Of a stretch of DNA of 64,000 nucleotides, positions 1 to 16,440 are shown piece by piece; position 1 is the first letter of the stretch, and each line of letters starts with the position of its first letter. Where the stretch lies: NCBI RefSeq assembly GCF_009914755.1, contig NC_060934.1. One strand, written 5' to 3'. The notes beneath the pieces are model-generated. The model was not told the origin of the DNA, searched no databases, and worked only from the letters and a program-made list of their open reading frames with translations. This stretch comes from the human T2T-CHM13v2.0 reference genome, Homo sapiens. The translations under genes and the position numbers were made by a program.

Positions 1-429
1 CTTACTTTAAATTACTCATTAGCCTGCTTGATAAAAAAGAAATAGTTTGAACTGCTCTTAATAAACATGAAAGGCAAAAAAAATAATAATTCAGATTTCT
101 TCCCCAAAGACACACAAAACCTGTATTAAAGAGAGTAATTAATTTCCAAAGAAATCATTCGTCAAGGTGTATCATCATCTCCCCTCTGAATTGTGAGAAA
201 TTTGAAGGAAAGACCTGACTTTAGTCATCTTTGTACTCACTGAAGCTGCCACAAACCACACTTCAAGGATGGATCAGTTAAAAATAAAAAAAAAAAAAAA
301 ATCAACAGATCTGGCTCATGAGGGCTGGGGTATTACATCCTTGCTAGCAAAGAGGATGCCTAGTGTTAAATTATCTAATGAGGTCCTCTGAGCAGAGAGA
401 AAAGGATAGGAGGAGTACTATTCTATAGA

Positions 430-1130
430 AACATTAGAGCAATAAATATTTATTGCCTCCTTAGTATGTACATGCTGCAAACTCTACTCAACTCTGGGAA
501 TACCAGCAGAAAACAAACTCTTCTGGAAGGGAAGACAGACATAAAACAATCACACAAATGAAAAGATAATTACAAAGTACAATAAGTGGCATAAGGGTGC
601 TATAAAAGTGTAACAGGGACTCTAATTTAGATTAAACTTTAAACTAGAGCATGAAATTAGATTGCTAGGTTACGTGGGTTGATATAGGTTATGTAATTGG
701 TTGTAATAGGTTGACCAGAGTAGGCCTTTTGGAGGAAACAGCATAACACTTATACTGAAACTTGATAAAGTGAGGCATTGGCCAGATAAGTATGGGAAGA
801 ACCTTCCAGACCAAATAAGTAACACCATGAGGTAGGAAAGTGCTCGGCATTTCAGTGGAACAGAGAGAAGGCTATTGTTTCTGGATCCCAGTGAGTGAGG
901 GTGGTAATGGCATGAGGTGGGGTAGTATCGTTGGTGTTCCTGCGGCCCCTCCTAATGATTTTGGACTTCATCTCAAGTATAATCAATGAGTCAGTAAGTG
1001 TGGAAAAGGTCAGAGAGTAGAAGAAGCATCTTGAATGACCAAGGACAGCATGAAGGCTTAGACTCCAGCACTTAAAAGAAAGCAAGAGAAGAGCAGATAA
1101 ACTTGACCCATTTCTGGTTTCACTAAGTGA
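430..1130 (-). mobile_element. Degenerate L2 LINE fragment
   Basis: 'aataaatatttattg...gaagacagac...cacacaaatg' resembles the reverse complement of the L2 3' region; boundaries approximate. Confidence 0.5.
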
Positions 1131-1240
1131 TTTACTTGGAAGGGCTTCCACACTGTTTTGCTATTAATCTATTTTCATTCCATTGTCACTATTAATCTAA
1201 GCCCCCAAATATGAATTGATGTCATCTGTGGAGTTTATAG

Positions 1241-1429
<189 letters not shown>

Positions 1430-1510
1430 TAAGTATTTCAACCACATTATTTTTGAAAACATCATAATGTGAAAAAATTAGATTTAATAAAACCATTATT
1501 TTATTTTTAG

Positions 1511-1573
1511 GGACAATCCATCAGAAAGATTAGGGAATTTGAAAAATGGAGTAAAAGACATTCAAAAGCACAA
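1511..1573 (+). CDS. PRKG1: PRKG1 coding exon: (R)DNPSERLGNLKNGVKDIQKH(K)
   Basis: ttttag| acceptor, AA|gtaagt donor; 63 nt; in frame with flanking exons. Confidence 0.97.
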
Positions 1574-2761
1574 GTAAGTGTTCTTTCTGCAGAGTTCTGA
1601 ACACGTGACATCATTTCCCCAGGGTGTTGCTTTTTAAGTTATTGGTGTAAAACTAGTATAATTAGCCTATAGGAACATCCAAAGACAGCGTATAAACTAG
1701 TAAGGCTTTTAAATGCCTTTCTAGTTGTGATTATGAAACCTTATTTATATTTATCTGACAACCCTGTAACATAAGAAGCTGAACTCAGTTTCTTACAACT
1801 CATACCAACTAGCATTTTTTTCCCCTCTGGCACAAAGGGGAAATGTGTATTTTAAATTTGGGGATTCTATTCTCTACCACAGAATTACAAATAAAAGTCC
1901 CCTACTGTATCTTACCTGATTTCCTAAAGACAAAATATATTTTTCCAAGCATTTCCTAATTAGATGTTATAACAGGAGAAAAACATAAGTACAGAATACA
2001 GTGTTTTTTAAACAATAGCAACATCTTAAATATCAGACCTTCCCTATGTTGATTGGATGTTCTAAAGCTAAACTAATTGGGTTTTCTCTATTTGTTTGTG
2101 TAACACTGACAGGAAATTCACATCCTTATCAAAGAAACATGTTTACTAAAATATCTCTGAATATCTGAAAAGCCTGCTGAGAATTTGTTGTAAGCATTTG
2201 CTAATGCTGAAACCCTTCAAAGACAAAAGAAAACAAACAAGCAAAAACTTTAGTCTTTTTTGGTTCTTATTTTCACGAAAAACTGTACACAAAATATCTT
2301 TATTCTTCATTAAAAAAGGGAAAAAAAGAAGAAAATGGGACATGTAGAGACTATGACAATGATGTGAAAAGGTTAATTAGCTGACACTGTGCACTGAATC
2401 AGTGGCAAAAATGGAAAGTTAATTTTCTATCCTGACTTTTCATGCCCTGGTTCTACCTCCTTAAAATAAAATATCCTGTAAGGCACAGGGCCAGACACAT
2501 TATGACATGTATTAAATTTTAATTATAGTGTAGGAACAAGGTCATAGAGACATTATGACTGAATTACAAGGAATAAGTGTTGCATGTTAATTGGTGTTTA
2601 AAATTTGACAGTTATACTTTTAAAAATATGTATTTCATAAAATAAACTATTAGGAAAACATATGCAATTAAATAGAAAACATTTTTGTCACATGAAAATG
2701 TTTGCCTAACTGCTTCCCATTAGCCATGGACATTGTATACACTGCAATGAGAAGCTTTTAG

Positions 2762-2890
<129 letters not shown>

Positions 2891-3185
2891 TAATTGTATG
2901 ACATAATTGATGGTGTTTATGTCAGTCAACAATGATCTGTTATTTTTAAAGTTTAATCCTATGATTAAGTTAAACAAACTCTAGGAAAAATGTCACATTA
3001 AAATAATGACATATTCTAAAATCCAAACTTGAAAGCAGATAAATTTGGGGATAGTCACTGTAAATGTGTTTTACTCTTCTCTTTTTTAACTATTCATTTG
3101 ATTCAAGTTTCCCTCATTTATGAACATAAGTTAATTTTTAGCATGGGAAATGTTCAAAATATAGAAATGCAGACAAAAATATATA

Positions 3186-3457
3186 GGTGAGAGGATCACT
3201 TGAGGCCAGGAGTTCAAGAGTTCAAGACCAGCCAGCCTGGACAACATAGTGAGACTCTGTCTCTACAAAAAAAGAAAAGAAAATATTAGCCAGGTGTGCT
3301 GATGTGCACCTATAGTCCTAACTACTCAAAAGTCTGGAGCAGGAGGATCACTTGAGCCCAGGAATTTGAGCTTACAGTGAGCTGTGATTGTACCACTATA
3401 CTTCAGCTTGGGTGACAGAGTGGAAAGACCCTGTCTCTAAAAAAAGAAATAAAATAA
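3186..3457 (+). mobile_element. Alu (AluJ-like, 5'-truncated)
   Basis: Alu left/right arm motifs and A-rich tail; small internal duplication gagttcaa x2. Confidence 0.9.
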
Positions 3458-3491
3458 CACTTTTTCAAAGAGTCTTTACATGATCACTCTT

Positions 3492-3799
3492 TTTTTTTTT
3501 TTTTTTTAATTTTTTTTTTGAGATGGAGTCTTAATCTGTCACCCAGGCTGGAATGCAGTGGCGTGATCTCGGCTTACTGCAACCCCTGCATCCCAGGTTC
3601 AAGCAATTCTCCTGCCTCAGTCTCCTGAGTAGCTGGGATTGTAGGCAAGTGCCACCACTCCCAGCTAATTTTGGTATTTTTAGTAGAGACACAGTTTCAC
3701 CATGTTGGCCAGGCTGGTCTTGAATTCCTGACCTCAAGTGATCCTCCCACCTCGGCCTCCCAAGGGTTGGGATTACAGACGTGAGCACCGCGCTGGGCC
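3492..3799 (-). mobile_element. Alu (AluS-like), full length
   Basis: poly-T then the reverse complement of Alu ending GGCC; TSD TACRTGATCACTCTT at 3477-3491 and 3800-3814. Confidence 0.95.
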
Positions 3800-3814
3800 T
3801 ACGTGATCACTCTT

Positions 3815-6241
<2,427 letters not shown>

Positions 6242-6357
6242 TGACCCTCAATACCTGCTACATAGTAGATACTCAATGAAATAGTCACTAATAGGGAATA
6301 AATACAGAATGCACTTAAAAATTCCAGCTTGGAATTCCACTAAAAAAAATCCACTAA

Positions 6358-6480
<123 letters not shown>

Positions 6481-9400
6481 TGTATTTCTCTTACCTGCTT
6501 CTGCCTTGCTGAAGACAGCTTTTTCTGAGACACAGCTGCCAGCAAACCTGAGGGAAAGAGAGAAGATTAGTGCTCGGGGTCACCATGATGCCTTTGATCG
6601 ATGCTGCTCCAGTAACTACAGTGGCATTAGGACTTACCGCTTAGATGACAATAGTGCTCTTTACATGTTTTCTGTTTGAACCTAAAATAGCAGTTGACAT
6701 GGTGGTCCTGAAGCAAAGCCTTTCACCAGTAAAAGATGTTTTCTATTGTTGCAATGACCTTGCTTTGCTCTGATTATAATTTGAAAGACTGTAGGAAACA
6801 CTTCAATGTAGTATAAGAGTCTGTACCTTGCTGGAATATTCAAGAAGATGAAAGAATAATATATTGGGTACAATAGATTACTATGGTACAGAAACTGGGC
6901 TATTCCCTTTCTTCAAGTGAAGGCTGTGGGATCTATTACTGCAGGCCGGTGTATATACCATACAAAAGAGGACCACACATCTGTTGGTCACAGAGTTCAT
7001 GTCACACCAGTGCTAGAAGTTTCATGATTTTATTTCCCAGCAGTGCTGATGACAAGACTGAATGTTACCTTTTCTTTCTGACAGATTTTAAAAATTGATA
7101 TGATAAAAGCACAACTGCTATAGATTCTGCTGAGACCTCTCATAGTAGGTATATATGAGTTTTCACAGAAGACTGAAAAATAATGCATGATATTTGTTTG
7201 TTTTTTTTGATAAATTGGCATGACAGAGTGGGGAAAAAAAGCAATTCACAAAACCATTTCATATTTTTTAAAATATTGTGCTTAAAGATGGTCCTGGAAG
7301 TAAATGACTAGCAGCCAATTGGTTTTACTTAACATACCCTCAAACTGAGGCTTAAAGTATTCCCTTTTATAAAAATAAATGCTTGGGGTAGGGTGGAGTG
7401 GGGAGGGATTAAAACCCATCCAAAAAATAAATAAAAACTATATAGGTGCTATGTATATCTTTCATCTGTAAATGTCAGTGTCTGAACAGACAACACAAAT
7501 TCAAATCATTATACGTGTAGCCAGAAACTCAAGCATTTTCACTAAAGTTATTAAACCAAACTCCTGTCCAATTTCACTTATACAACATAGTCAGTCTAGA
7601 GTTGAGAGACAAAGGTAATTATAAACCTATTTGAACTAGCTTCTTGTCTTAGGCCTGAACCAAAAAACAACAAACAAACAAAAAACAAGAATGAAAAACA
7701 GAAATAAAAGAAGTAGAAAAGACAAAGAAAGAAAGCCCAAAGTCAAAGTTGTTAATATTTACAGGTTTACCAGATCTGGAACATTACTTATTTGAGGTCA
7801 GAGAACAAAACAAGAACCTGGCCAGGTGTTGATTACCTTTTAGTGAATAAGCTGAGTCCATATACTTGTCTAACTAAGAAAGCAGTACAGAGGAAAACAG
7901 GAACCTGATTTTTTTAAAATAAATTTTAAATAAAATAGAATTACTACAATTCTGCAATTTCATACTACCTAAAAAAGACTAGATTTGAAAATGTCAAGCT
8001 GATTTACTTTATTCACATGGAGAAAAGAATCCACAAATTAAACTGAGTCCTTCACTGGCATGCCAGTTGACTATTATTAGCTGTCATAAGTAACTCAGCC
8101 ATTTGGAAGCATTTCCTGGACAAAATTACATTATACCTGTGAAGAAAAATATAGAAGCTTTCAAGCTGTCATTCTGTTTTGGCCCTGTGTGAATTTGGTA
8201 TATTAAATTGACGCTTGCTTTTTTTTTCAGTAGAGTTTTCTTTTTAATCAATCAAACGCCTACATTTCTGGAAGAAAAAGTCCAATTAGATCATTACACC
8301 TTAACTAAGAAGGCAAATCTTATAAATTTTGCTTGAATTGTTCTTACTCAAAACTACCTTAGAATATGGTATCTTATGAAAATATAATATTCTTAAAATT
8401 TTGGAGGATAAAATGAAAAGGGTATAAACTTCAATTAGAACTTTAATCCTAAAATATTGTTATTCTTGTATTTTTGGAGTTTTCCGTCCCTTACAATTTC
8501 TCCAAATTGGTCTATTCCCCAAGATATCCACTGTTTTCTACAGATTTTAGAATATAAAATTAAACATATCAACCTAAAATCTAGCTATGAATGTTATTTC
8601 AAGAGTTTTATATTTTTAATTGGCTTTTTAAAAATATGTAATTCCAATATTATAGTGAATGTTCAGTAACTTTTGTTGAAAGATAATGTGGTTTAGGCTT
8701 GCTAAAGAAAGGCTTGCTAGAATACTAAATTTACCTTGTTATTTGGAAAGAGAATCTGCTCCTATAACGTTTTAAAAATCCCCAAAGTCCCAGAGATTAG
8801 CACTTGCTATGGATTTTGGAACTATGGTTCAAGTCTAAGACAACCAATATGAATAAGTTCAATGGAGAAGGAAGAAGTAGCATTCAGCACAAGAAACTGT
8901 AGATTGTTTCTCCCACTTGTTACTGCATCTTTGTTCATTTCACCCATAGCATTGCATTTGATGTCTGAAGTAATTACCACAAAATAAAGGTAAACTACAT
9001 CTTCCAAGATGTACCAACAGAAAACATTCGTCTAATTTTGTCAACATTGAATTTTTAGGATTTAAATCTTGTCTTAATGAAGACTCTAGGGCTAAAATTC
9101 ATGGTCAGTTCCATAAAATGCATCTCACTTTATTTCTGAATTTTTCACAACCCCTCTATTTTCTTACATTAAAGAACATCTGGATAAGTTAGAATAGTGC
9201 CAACTTGTTTGATTTGTTATATGATTTTCTTGTTAATGTGTTGAGTATGGGAAATAAGGGCTTTCTGTGTGTCTTGACTCACAGGAAAACTGAAACTGCC
9301 AAGGGAAGCAACATTAAAACAACTGGGATAGATTGAATACATTTGAAAAAATAATTTCTGGAAAAACGCTATACATGCTTTTTATGTTTATATCTTCTTT

Positions 9401-10930
9401 CTTATTAAGACATGAATCAGATCCATGTGGCATTCAAAACAAATTTATTTTGGTTATATTCTTTACAAGTCATAATTTTTACCTAAAATTGTGGAATATG
9501 CATGTGAATTACACATGTGTAGTAATAAACTCAACTATTGAATTTTTCCTGTTTCATTTCTAAATGACTGAACTGATGGTAAACAAATTTAATGAAGTCA
9601 GCTACCATGTTGAAAATAAGGATATTAGAACTGATTTCATACAATAGAGGTGATCTGTGCATTATCCATAACAACGTTTTCTTTCACTATAGGACCACAG
9701 ACAAATATTTATGTAAATAGGTATTTTTGTGTGATATTTTGTGGTACATATAACTTTTTTTAGTGTTTCACAGCATTATTATTTCATTTTATTTGTATTG
9801 AATAATGTTTTTAGGTCCAAGTAGACTTGAATTAATGTCATAATTGTCAGTATTATTGAAAATTATGTCAACTGTACTGTTATTCATCTGTCCCATAGTT
9901 TAGAACATGACCTGGCTATCTGGCATTGTTGCAAGTGCCTTAAATTCATGGCATCCTATTAAAAAAACAAATTTGGTGTTATGCTGCATGACAAAGACAA
10001 ACACACCTCAAAATGTTGTCCTTTCTTAGCTTGCTGCGTTTTACAGTTCTTTCTGCTAACAATTTATAAGCCTTTATTATATAATATTGATGAATTACAG
10101 AAATGATGAAGTTGTTCTCTTATTTCTGTTAAATGTACCAGAGCTGTGTATCTGTTAATGAGATACAGCGTCATTTCTGTGAAATGTATAAATGTATGTG
10201 CAGGTCAAATTAATATATGACATTCTATCAGTCTGTATACAGGTATTCCTGTTTTGCTAAGCTGTGCAGATTCTGTAAAAATAAATTAGTGCAGTCAAGT
10301 TCTAACATATCTCATTTTATAGACTCCATTGACAATGGTCCAACCGAAAAGAAAAATTGGAAATGACTGCTAACCAGACCTCGTTATGAAACCAATGATG
10401 AAAAAGTCACTTGGTGCACCTCTCAACAAAACAGGATGCTTTTTCCGAGTTCTTGTATATGCAAATCATTTACGAGGCAAGTTTTCAACAGACCTAGAAA
10501 GCAAAACATTGAAAGTGTGTTGTTAGCCCTCCTCTCTGCCCCTGAATCAACAGACAGAGCTCTGGGACCTTGGCAATGACTCAGAGGTTGGGGCTTTCTG
10601 AGTAAAGGGACATTTCTTTAAGCATCATCTATCAAATTTATTTCAATGTATGATGTTTTTACAACTGGTCAGTTCTTTTGTATTCTTACAGCTATGGTTA
10701 TTTGATTGTCCTCTTACAATTTGTTCTACATGAAAGAGTTCTTTGTTAGTCAGAATGCAACAAACTGTCATCAAATGGTCATTGACCACTTGCACTCTTT
10801 TGATGTAGATTAAAAACTTTTTCATAAATTTACCTGCTTTGATTTGCTCTGTATTTTTCCTGCAGCTGTAATTGCTGAGTGCCTGTTGTATACTTTATAG
10901 AGTTGAAATAAAAAAATAATTACTTTTGAA
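6481..10930 (+). other. PRKG1: PRKG1 long 3'UTR
   Basis: AT-rich with no recognisable interspersed repeats. Distal AATAAA at 10907-10912; proximal AATAAA at 7374, 7426 and 7430. The 3' end is approximate. Confidence 0.75.
10907..10912 (+). terminator. Distal polyadenylation signal of PRKG1
   Basis: AATAAA with upstream TGTA elements and downstream T/GT-rich sequence. Confidence 0.7.
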
Positions 10931-12174
10931 CTTAGTTGATGTTTAATTCCAGACAAGATTCCAAGAATAGAATTGGTATATCATACTAGATGAAATACCA
11001 GGTAGTGCTGTTGTAGAATGTCACTATAACAAAGTAGGAAATACCTATAATCCAAGCATCCCTCATGAAATAATATACTATATTATAATCTAATATAAAA
11101 CTAATCCAACAAATTGGTTTTAAAGAATTCATAGGAATAATGTTGGGCCATCCAGTGTGAAAAGCAAAGTGAATATAGATATTCACACAAACTCAGAAAT
11201 TAGCAGATTTCTGAGCATGACCACCACACAGTCCTTTTTTGGGCTATCCCTAGTCAAACTCTGTACTAGGCAAAACAATCAAAGGGACAATTCTTGTATA
11301 TTACTACATCCTAGGAGGAAATGATTTCATATGAAAAGCAACTTCATGAGTCTTTGTCCAAGGATTTTTCACCTGATTCCTTGGCTTCATCATATGCACA
11401 AAGAAGAAACATTTGGGGAACAATATGATTACAACAAATTCAACTCTCCAAAGCCTAGTTAAACATATTCTTTCTACATCCCTTTGTCCTTCTCTGCAGT
11501 AAATGATGCACACATGAAAACTGGCTGCAGCATGAAGATTCTCTCAATTACATTGTTTTTGTCTTTTTGACCTCACATTGCCAGTGACAGTGAGTTGAAA
11601 ACCCTTGTTTGATGAAAACTAGAAATTCAGTTAACTTTTTCAGATAAAGTCAATAAAACCACTTGAAAAAATACTATGTCACGATTGCACATCCAGTAAT
11701 TTCATTTCTTCTGCAAATAGAACTGTAATATAAGCTTTTAACATCCATCCTTTAAGTTATATGATTTTTCATACCCTTAATCTAAGAGTGTTCTTCTTGA
11801 TCATGAAAGGGTTTTGTTTTTGTACTAATTGCACAGTTTTGGGAGGAGCACGCAGATCAACACAATCATTAGAAGGATAGGGAGGAGGAGACGTCAGTGA
11901 TGGTGATGATGTTGCATCTACATCACTCACATCTTGTGCATACTAATTTCAGTGGGAATAAATCAGTGTGCAATTTTTCAAGAATGACAATAGGAATCAA
12001 TTCTAAATTTGAAAGAAATGGATTGATTGTGTGATCATCCAAATGATACCCAAGTGTAAATATTACAATGTTACGCCTGCAGACCTACCTTTAGATTCTT
12101 AGTTATAGCCCTGTGTGTCATGCTCATAATACAGGCCACCACATTAATGTTTCTTTTGTGTGGGTGGGTTGTGT

Positions 12175-12329
12175 TTGAGACAGGGCCTCACTCTGTCACC
12201 CAGGCTGGAATGCAATGGCACAATCTCAGCTAACTGCAGCCTTGACTTTGTGGGCTCAAGGGACCCTCCTGCCTTGACCTACCAAGTATCTATGACTACA
12301 GGTGCACATCACCATGCCCAGTTAATTTC
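12175..12329 (-). mobile_element. Alu right-arm fragment (AluJ/FRAM-like)
   Basis: gagacagggcctcactctgtcacccaggctgg...caccatgccc. Confidence 0.8.
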
Positions 12330-12671
12330 ACACTAACTTTTTTTTTTTTTATTGAGAGTCATATTGAGAGCTTTCTTCTGTGTCCCCAGACTTCTCCTTT
12401 CTAACTCAAAAAGTCCTATAAATTGATAAAACAGTAATATTTATCTCTGGCAGCTGTTTTTTATCCAAGGTGAGTCTATGGAACAAAAGACAAATCTATC
12501 TATCTACCTACATGCCCATTAGCAAAGCCAAACAGGTTAAGCCTCAAACTTGTGCAAAAAAAAATTATAGAAAGAAAAAAAAAAAGGAAAACAAGGTATC
12601 TCTAACAACCCAAAAGTCTGGCCACAGATTTTATAAAAATTCATGGACAAGCTCTAGACATAGGATCTAAG

Positions 12672-12830
12672 CCAGTGTTTTTCAAACATTACTGTCATAA
12701 GATGTATCTGGGAAATAATATAAAAACATAGGTTTCTAGGATAATCCAAAGTTATTTTGAGGTATAACCCAGGAATCTGAATTTTTAACCAGCCCATTAG
12801 TGTATTTTGATACATCTCTATGAGGTAGAA
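12672..12830. mobile_element. MER5-type hAT-Charlie fragment
   Basis: cagtgtttttcaaac terminus; ggaatctgaatttttaac motif. Confidence 0.55.
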
Positions 12831-13214
12831 GCAGGAGAAAAGGATCCATGGAGAAACATTTCAGGAATGGTGGGGTAAATGAGGTAAACAGAAAAAAATA
12901 ACTCTGTAAAGAATCATGGACATCCAAAGCCTATAAATGCTCTCAGAAATGTTAAATGGCATTTATATTCCACCCATAGAAGTGTTCTTTCAATTAACAT
13001 ATTAAAATGGGCTATGAATAATAAGCTACTTTTTGTTAAGGAATAGACCCATGTCTTGATTTGCAAAGCCAAAAATGTATATGTATACCCACCTCTGGTA
13101 TCTGGTACATCAGTGCAGGATACTAGGAGTTAATTTGCAGGAGGACTCTTAGTCCTCTGGGGAGAAATGATACTGGTGACCTGAGCGCTGGCTCAGCTGG
13201 ATTTTGGCCACAGT

Positions 13215-13535
13215 TCATCAATGTCTGATTTCCCTCCCTGGGGCACTTTTCTGTGCCATGTAAGTCAGGTTTGGCTTTTTGACTTGCTTTGGCGGTTGAA
13301 AGGTGAGCCTTGTCACTGCTGCAAACAGAAGCTTTAAGAGCCAGTTCTTGCTTCATTACATTCTCCTTTACCTGTGATGTTGTGATCAGCATTTCCTCAA
13401 CAGTGGCTGCCCTGTCAGCTTCAGAAGCAGAGTAAGGACAGTGATGAGAAGGAGTGGAGCCCCTCACCAACTCCCAAAGGCTTTACAGTGGAATATATTG
13501 TTGTTTTGAACCACTAAGATTTTGGCTTTGTCTAT
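13215..13535 (+). mobile_element. MLT1 (MaLR) LTR fragment
   Basis: gacttgctttggc...agaagctttaagagccag...ttgttgttttgaaccactaagattt. Confidence 0.55.
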
Positions 13536-14227
13536 TTCAACAGGATTTCGCCCATTCCGACTGATACAACTGTCACATTCAAAAGAAAGGTGAGGCCTGC
13601 CCTAGCCTCTGCAAGGTGATTTATCACTGTAGAAAATAACAGGCAGAAAATAACAGAATAAATCTTTAGACCCTGAGTCACAGGCAGTAAAAACTGCAGT
13701 GAAGACTTGAATTCACCCAAATGCCCAATCTTCTGGCAGAAACTACCTCAAACTTGACATAGCAAAGATACATTTTAAGAGAGTAATGGAAGGAAACATT
13801 TTAAGAGTCCAGACCATCTAAGGTTGGTGCAATGATTTACCTGGGCAATTTGCATGAAGACTTTCAAATTCAGAAGCACTGGTACTAAAGCATGAGAAGC
13901 AAAGAGGCCAGTAGAAATTATGTTAGACATGGAATCGGGGGATTTGTAATTCCTAGGAAGAACATGATTCTTCAAGGTTCCTGGAAAGAAGTGAGAGTGG
14001 AGAGATTTTACAATAAAAGCAAGTTGGAATAGGAACAACATACCATCTTAACCATAATTCTAAATGTCTTCTGTGTAACCCTTTGCTAATTACATGTGCC
14101 ACAAATTACTATGTAAATGGAAGTGAATTACTTAGGGCCTTGGTTTCCTGACCCATAAGAAGATTATTAGAGTTATTTTTGGTAATAAAACTCTCTGCTT
14201 TTAAGTTCCTTCACTTACAACCTCCCT

Positions 14228-14430
14228 GCCAGGGCTGGCAAACTGTGATGCACCATCTAAATTTGTCTCACAGCCTGTTTTTGTAAATAAAGTTTTATTG
14301 GAACAAACATATTGTCTGAAGCTGCTTTCATGTTACAACAACACTTGAGTAGTAAGCTAGAGGCTGCATGGCAGGTAAAGCCTAAAATATTTACTATCTG
14401 GGCCTTTCCAGAAAAGGTTGCCAATCTCTG
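14228..14430. mobile_element. MER58A-like hAT element
   Basis: cagggctggcaaact...gtttttgtaaataaagttttattggaac...aaaaggttgccaatctctg. Confidence 0.7.
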
Positions 14431-14689
14431 ATCACAAAGGAAAGGCTTGCAATGAGCTGATGATTTTCAAGTTCAGTTCTCCATAGAGCTTCAGAACATT
14501 GAAGTAATGTCTCAGAGTCTACCGGGATGGAATAGGGAGAGGAGTACCTGGATTAACAAAAGGGGACATGCAGGGAGTAAGCTCCACAGGCTCCAGATTT
14601 CTAATTCTGATTCAGCCAGAAAGGTTACAATATTATTTGTTTTACATATCAGTTTAACATATTCTAATGTTAAACCACCCATATGTATT

Positions 14690-15160
14690 TATGTATATAT
14701 ATGTGTGCATATCGTATATATGTATATACACATATATATGTATACACATGTATATATACACATATATGTATACACATGTATATATACACATACATGTATA
14801 CACATGTATATACACACATATGTATACACATGTATACACACACATATGTATACACATGTATATACACACATATGTATACACATGTATATACACACATATG
14901 TATACACATGTATATACACACATATGTATACACATGTATATACACACATATGTATACACATGTATATACACACATGTACACATGCACATATACACACATG
15001 TACACATGTGTATATGCACATATGTACACATGCCTATATGCACATATGTACACATGCCTATATGCACATATGTACACATGCCTATATACACATATGTACA
15101 CATGCATATATACACATATGTACACATGCATATATACACATATGTACACATGTATATATA
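14690..15160. repeat. Alternating purine/pyrimidine minisatellite: 26-bp unit TATATACACACATATGTATACACATG grading into ~24-bp units
   Basis: Directly visible; matches the 26-aa and 8-aa periodicity in the six ORF-track translations. Confidence 0.95.
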
Positions 15161-15604
15161 GAAATATAATTTAATGTGTATTTAATATTCCATTGGTATA
15201 TTTGCCACTCTATGCAGTACTATCAAACTGGCTCAGTTAACATGGTGTATAAATATTATTTATATCTTATGGGGTACCCCCACTGCCCTCCGTCCCTCCA
15301 TCCCCCTAGCTTTTTGTCTTTAAAATTGTTTTGGCACACTAGAGTCCTTTTATTCTACATAAATATTAAAACCATATGGTCATGTTTCATGAAAACACCT
15401 TTTAGGATTTTGATTAGAATTATTTTTAGTTCATAGATTAATGGGAGAAATGACAACCTTATGATTTTAACTTTTTCCACTCGTGAGCATTATTTACAGT
15501 TTATAGAATGTCTTCAAAAGCATTTTTAATACAATTCATTTACATATTTGGTTGCTATTAAAATAACATTTTAACATATTATACTCTCGAATATTATAAA
15601 ATAG

Positions 15605-15922
<318 letters not shown>

Positions 15923-16440
15923 AATTTCTTGCATAGTGCTCTTATGTCCACCATCCTTGCTGAAATTTTACTGATTAATGTCTATGTCTATTTTTTGGTT
16001 ATTTATAAAGATAATATTGTCATCTCTGAATAACGAAATGTTGTATTTAACTCTTTATAGTTCCAATCAGTAATCTTTTTCTTGAAGTAATGGGCTGGCT
16101 AGGACTCCACGTAAATGTATAATAATAAAATTACAGTTGGCATCCTTGTCTCTTTTCTGATTTTAAATTTCATCATTAGATGTTTGATACAGGTTTTATA
16201 CACATACACACGATCATATTAAGAGAGTTCTTAGTTGGTCAATCTTTTTAAAAAATCAAAATTCTGTTTCAGCATACATTAAGATGGGCATGTTACTTTC
16301 TTAATCCTTTTATTGTGGTCGACTTGGTGGAAGATGTATAACACATCTAATGTTAAGCCACCCATGCTTCCTTGGCATGAATTCAACTTTGTCATTACAT
16401 GCATTTTGAATATATTGGTGTTTTTGATTTACCAATGTTA

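Noticed and set aside
14507-15174. Six overlapping 110-220 aa His/Tyr/Cys/Met-rich ORFs
   Set aside because: Artefact of an RY-alternating minisatellite that cannot encode stop codons; not a CRISPR-like array either, as there are no unique spacers
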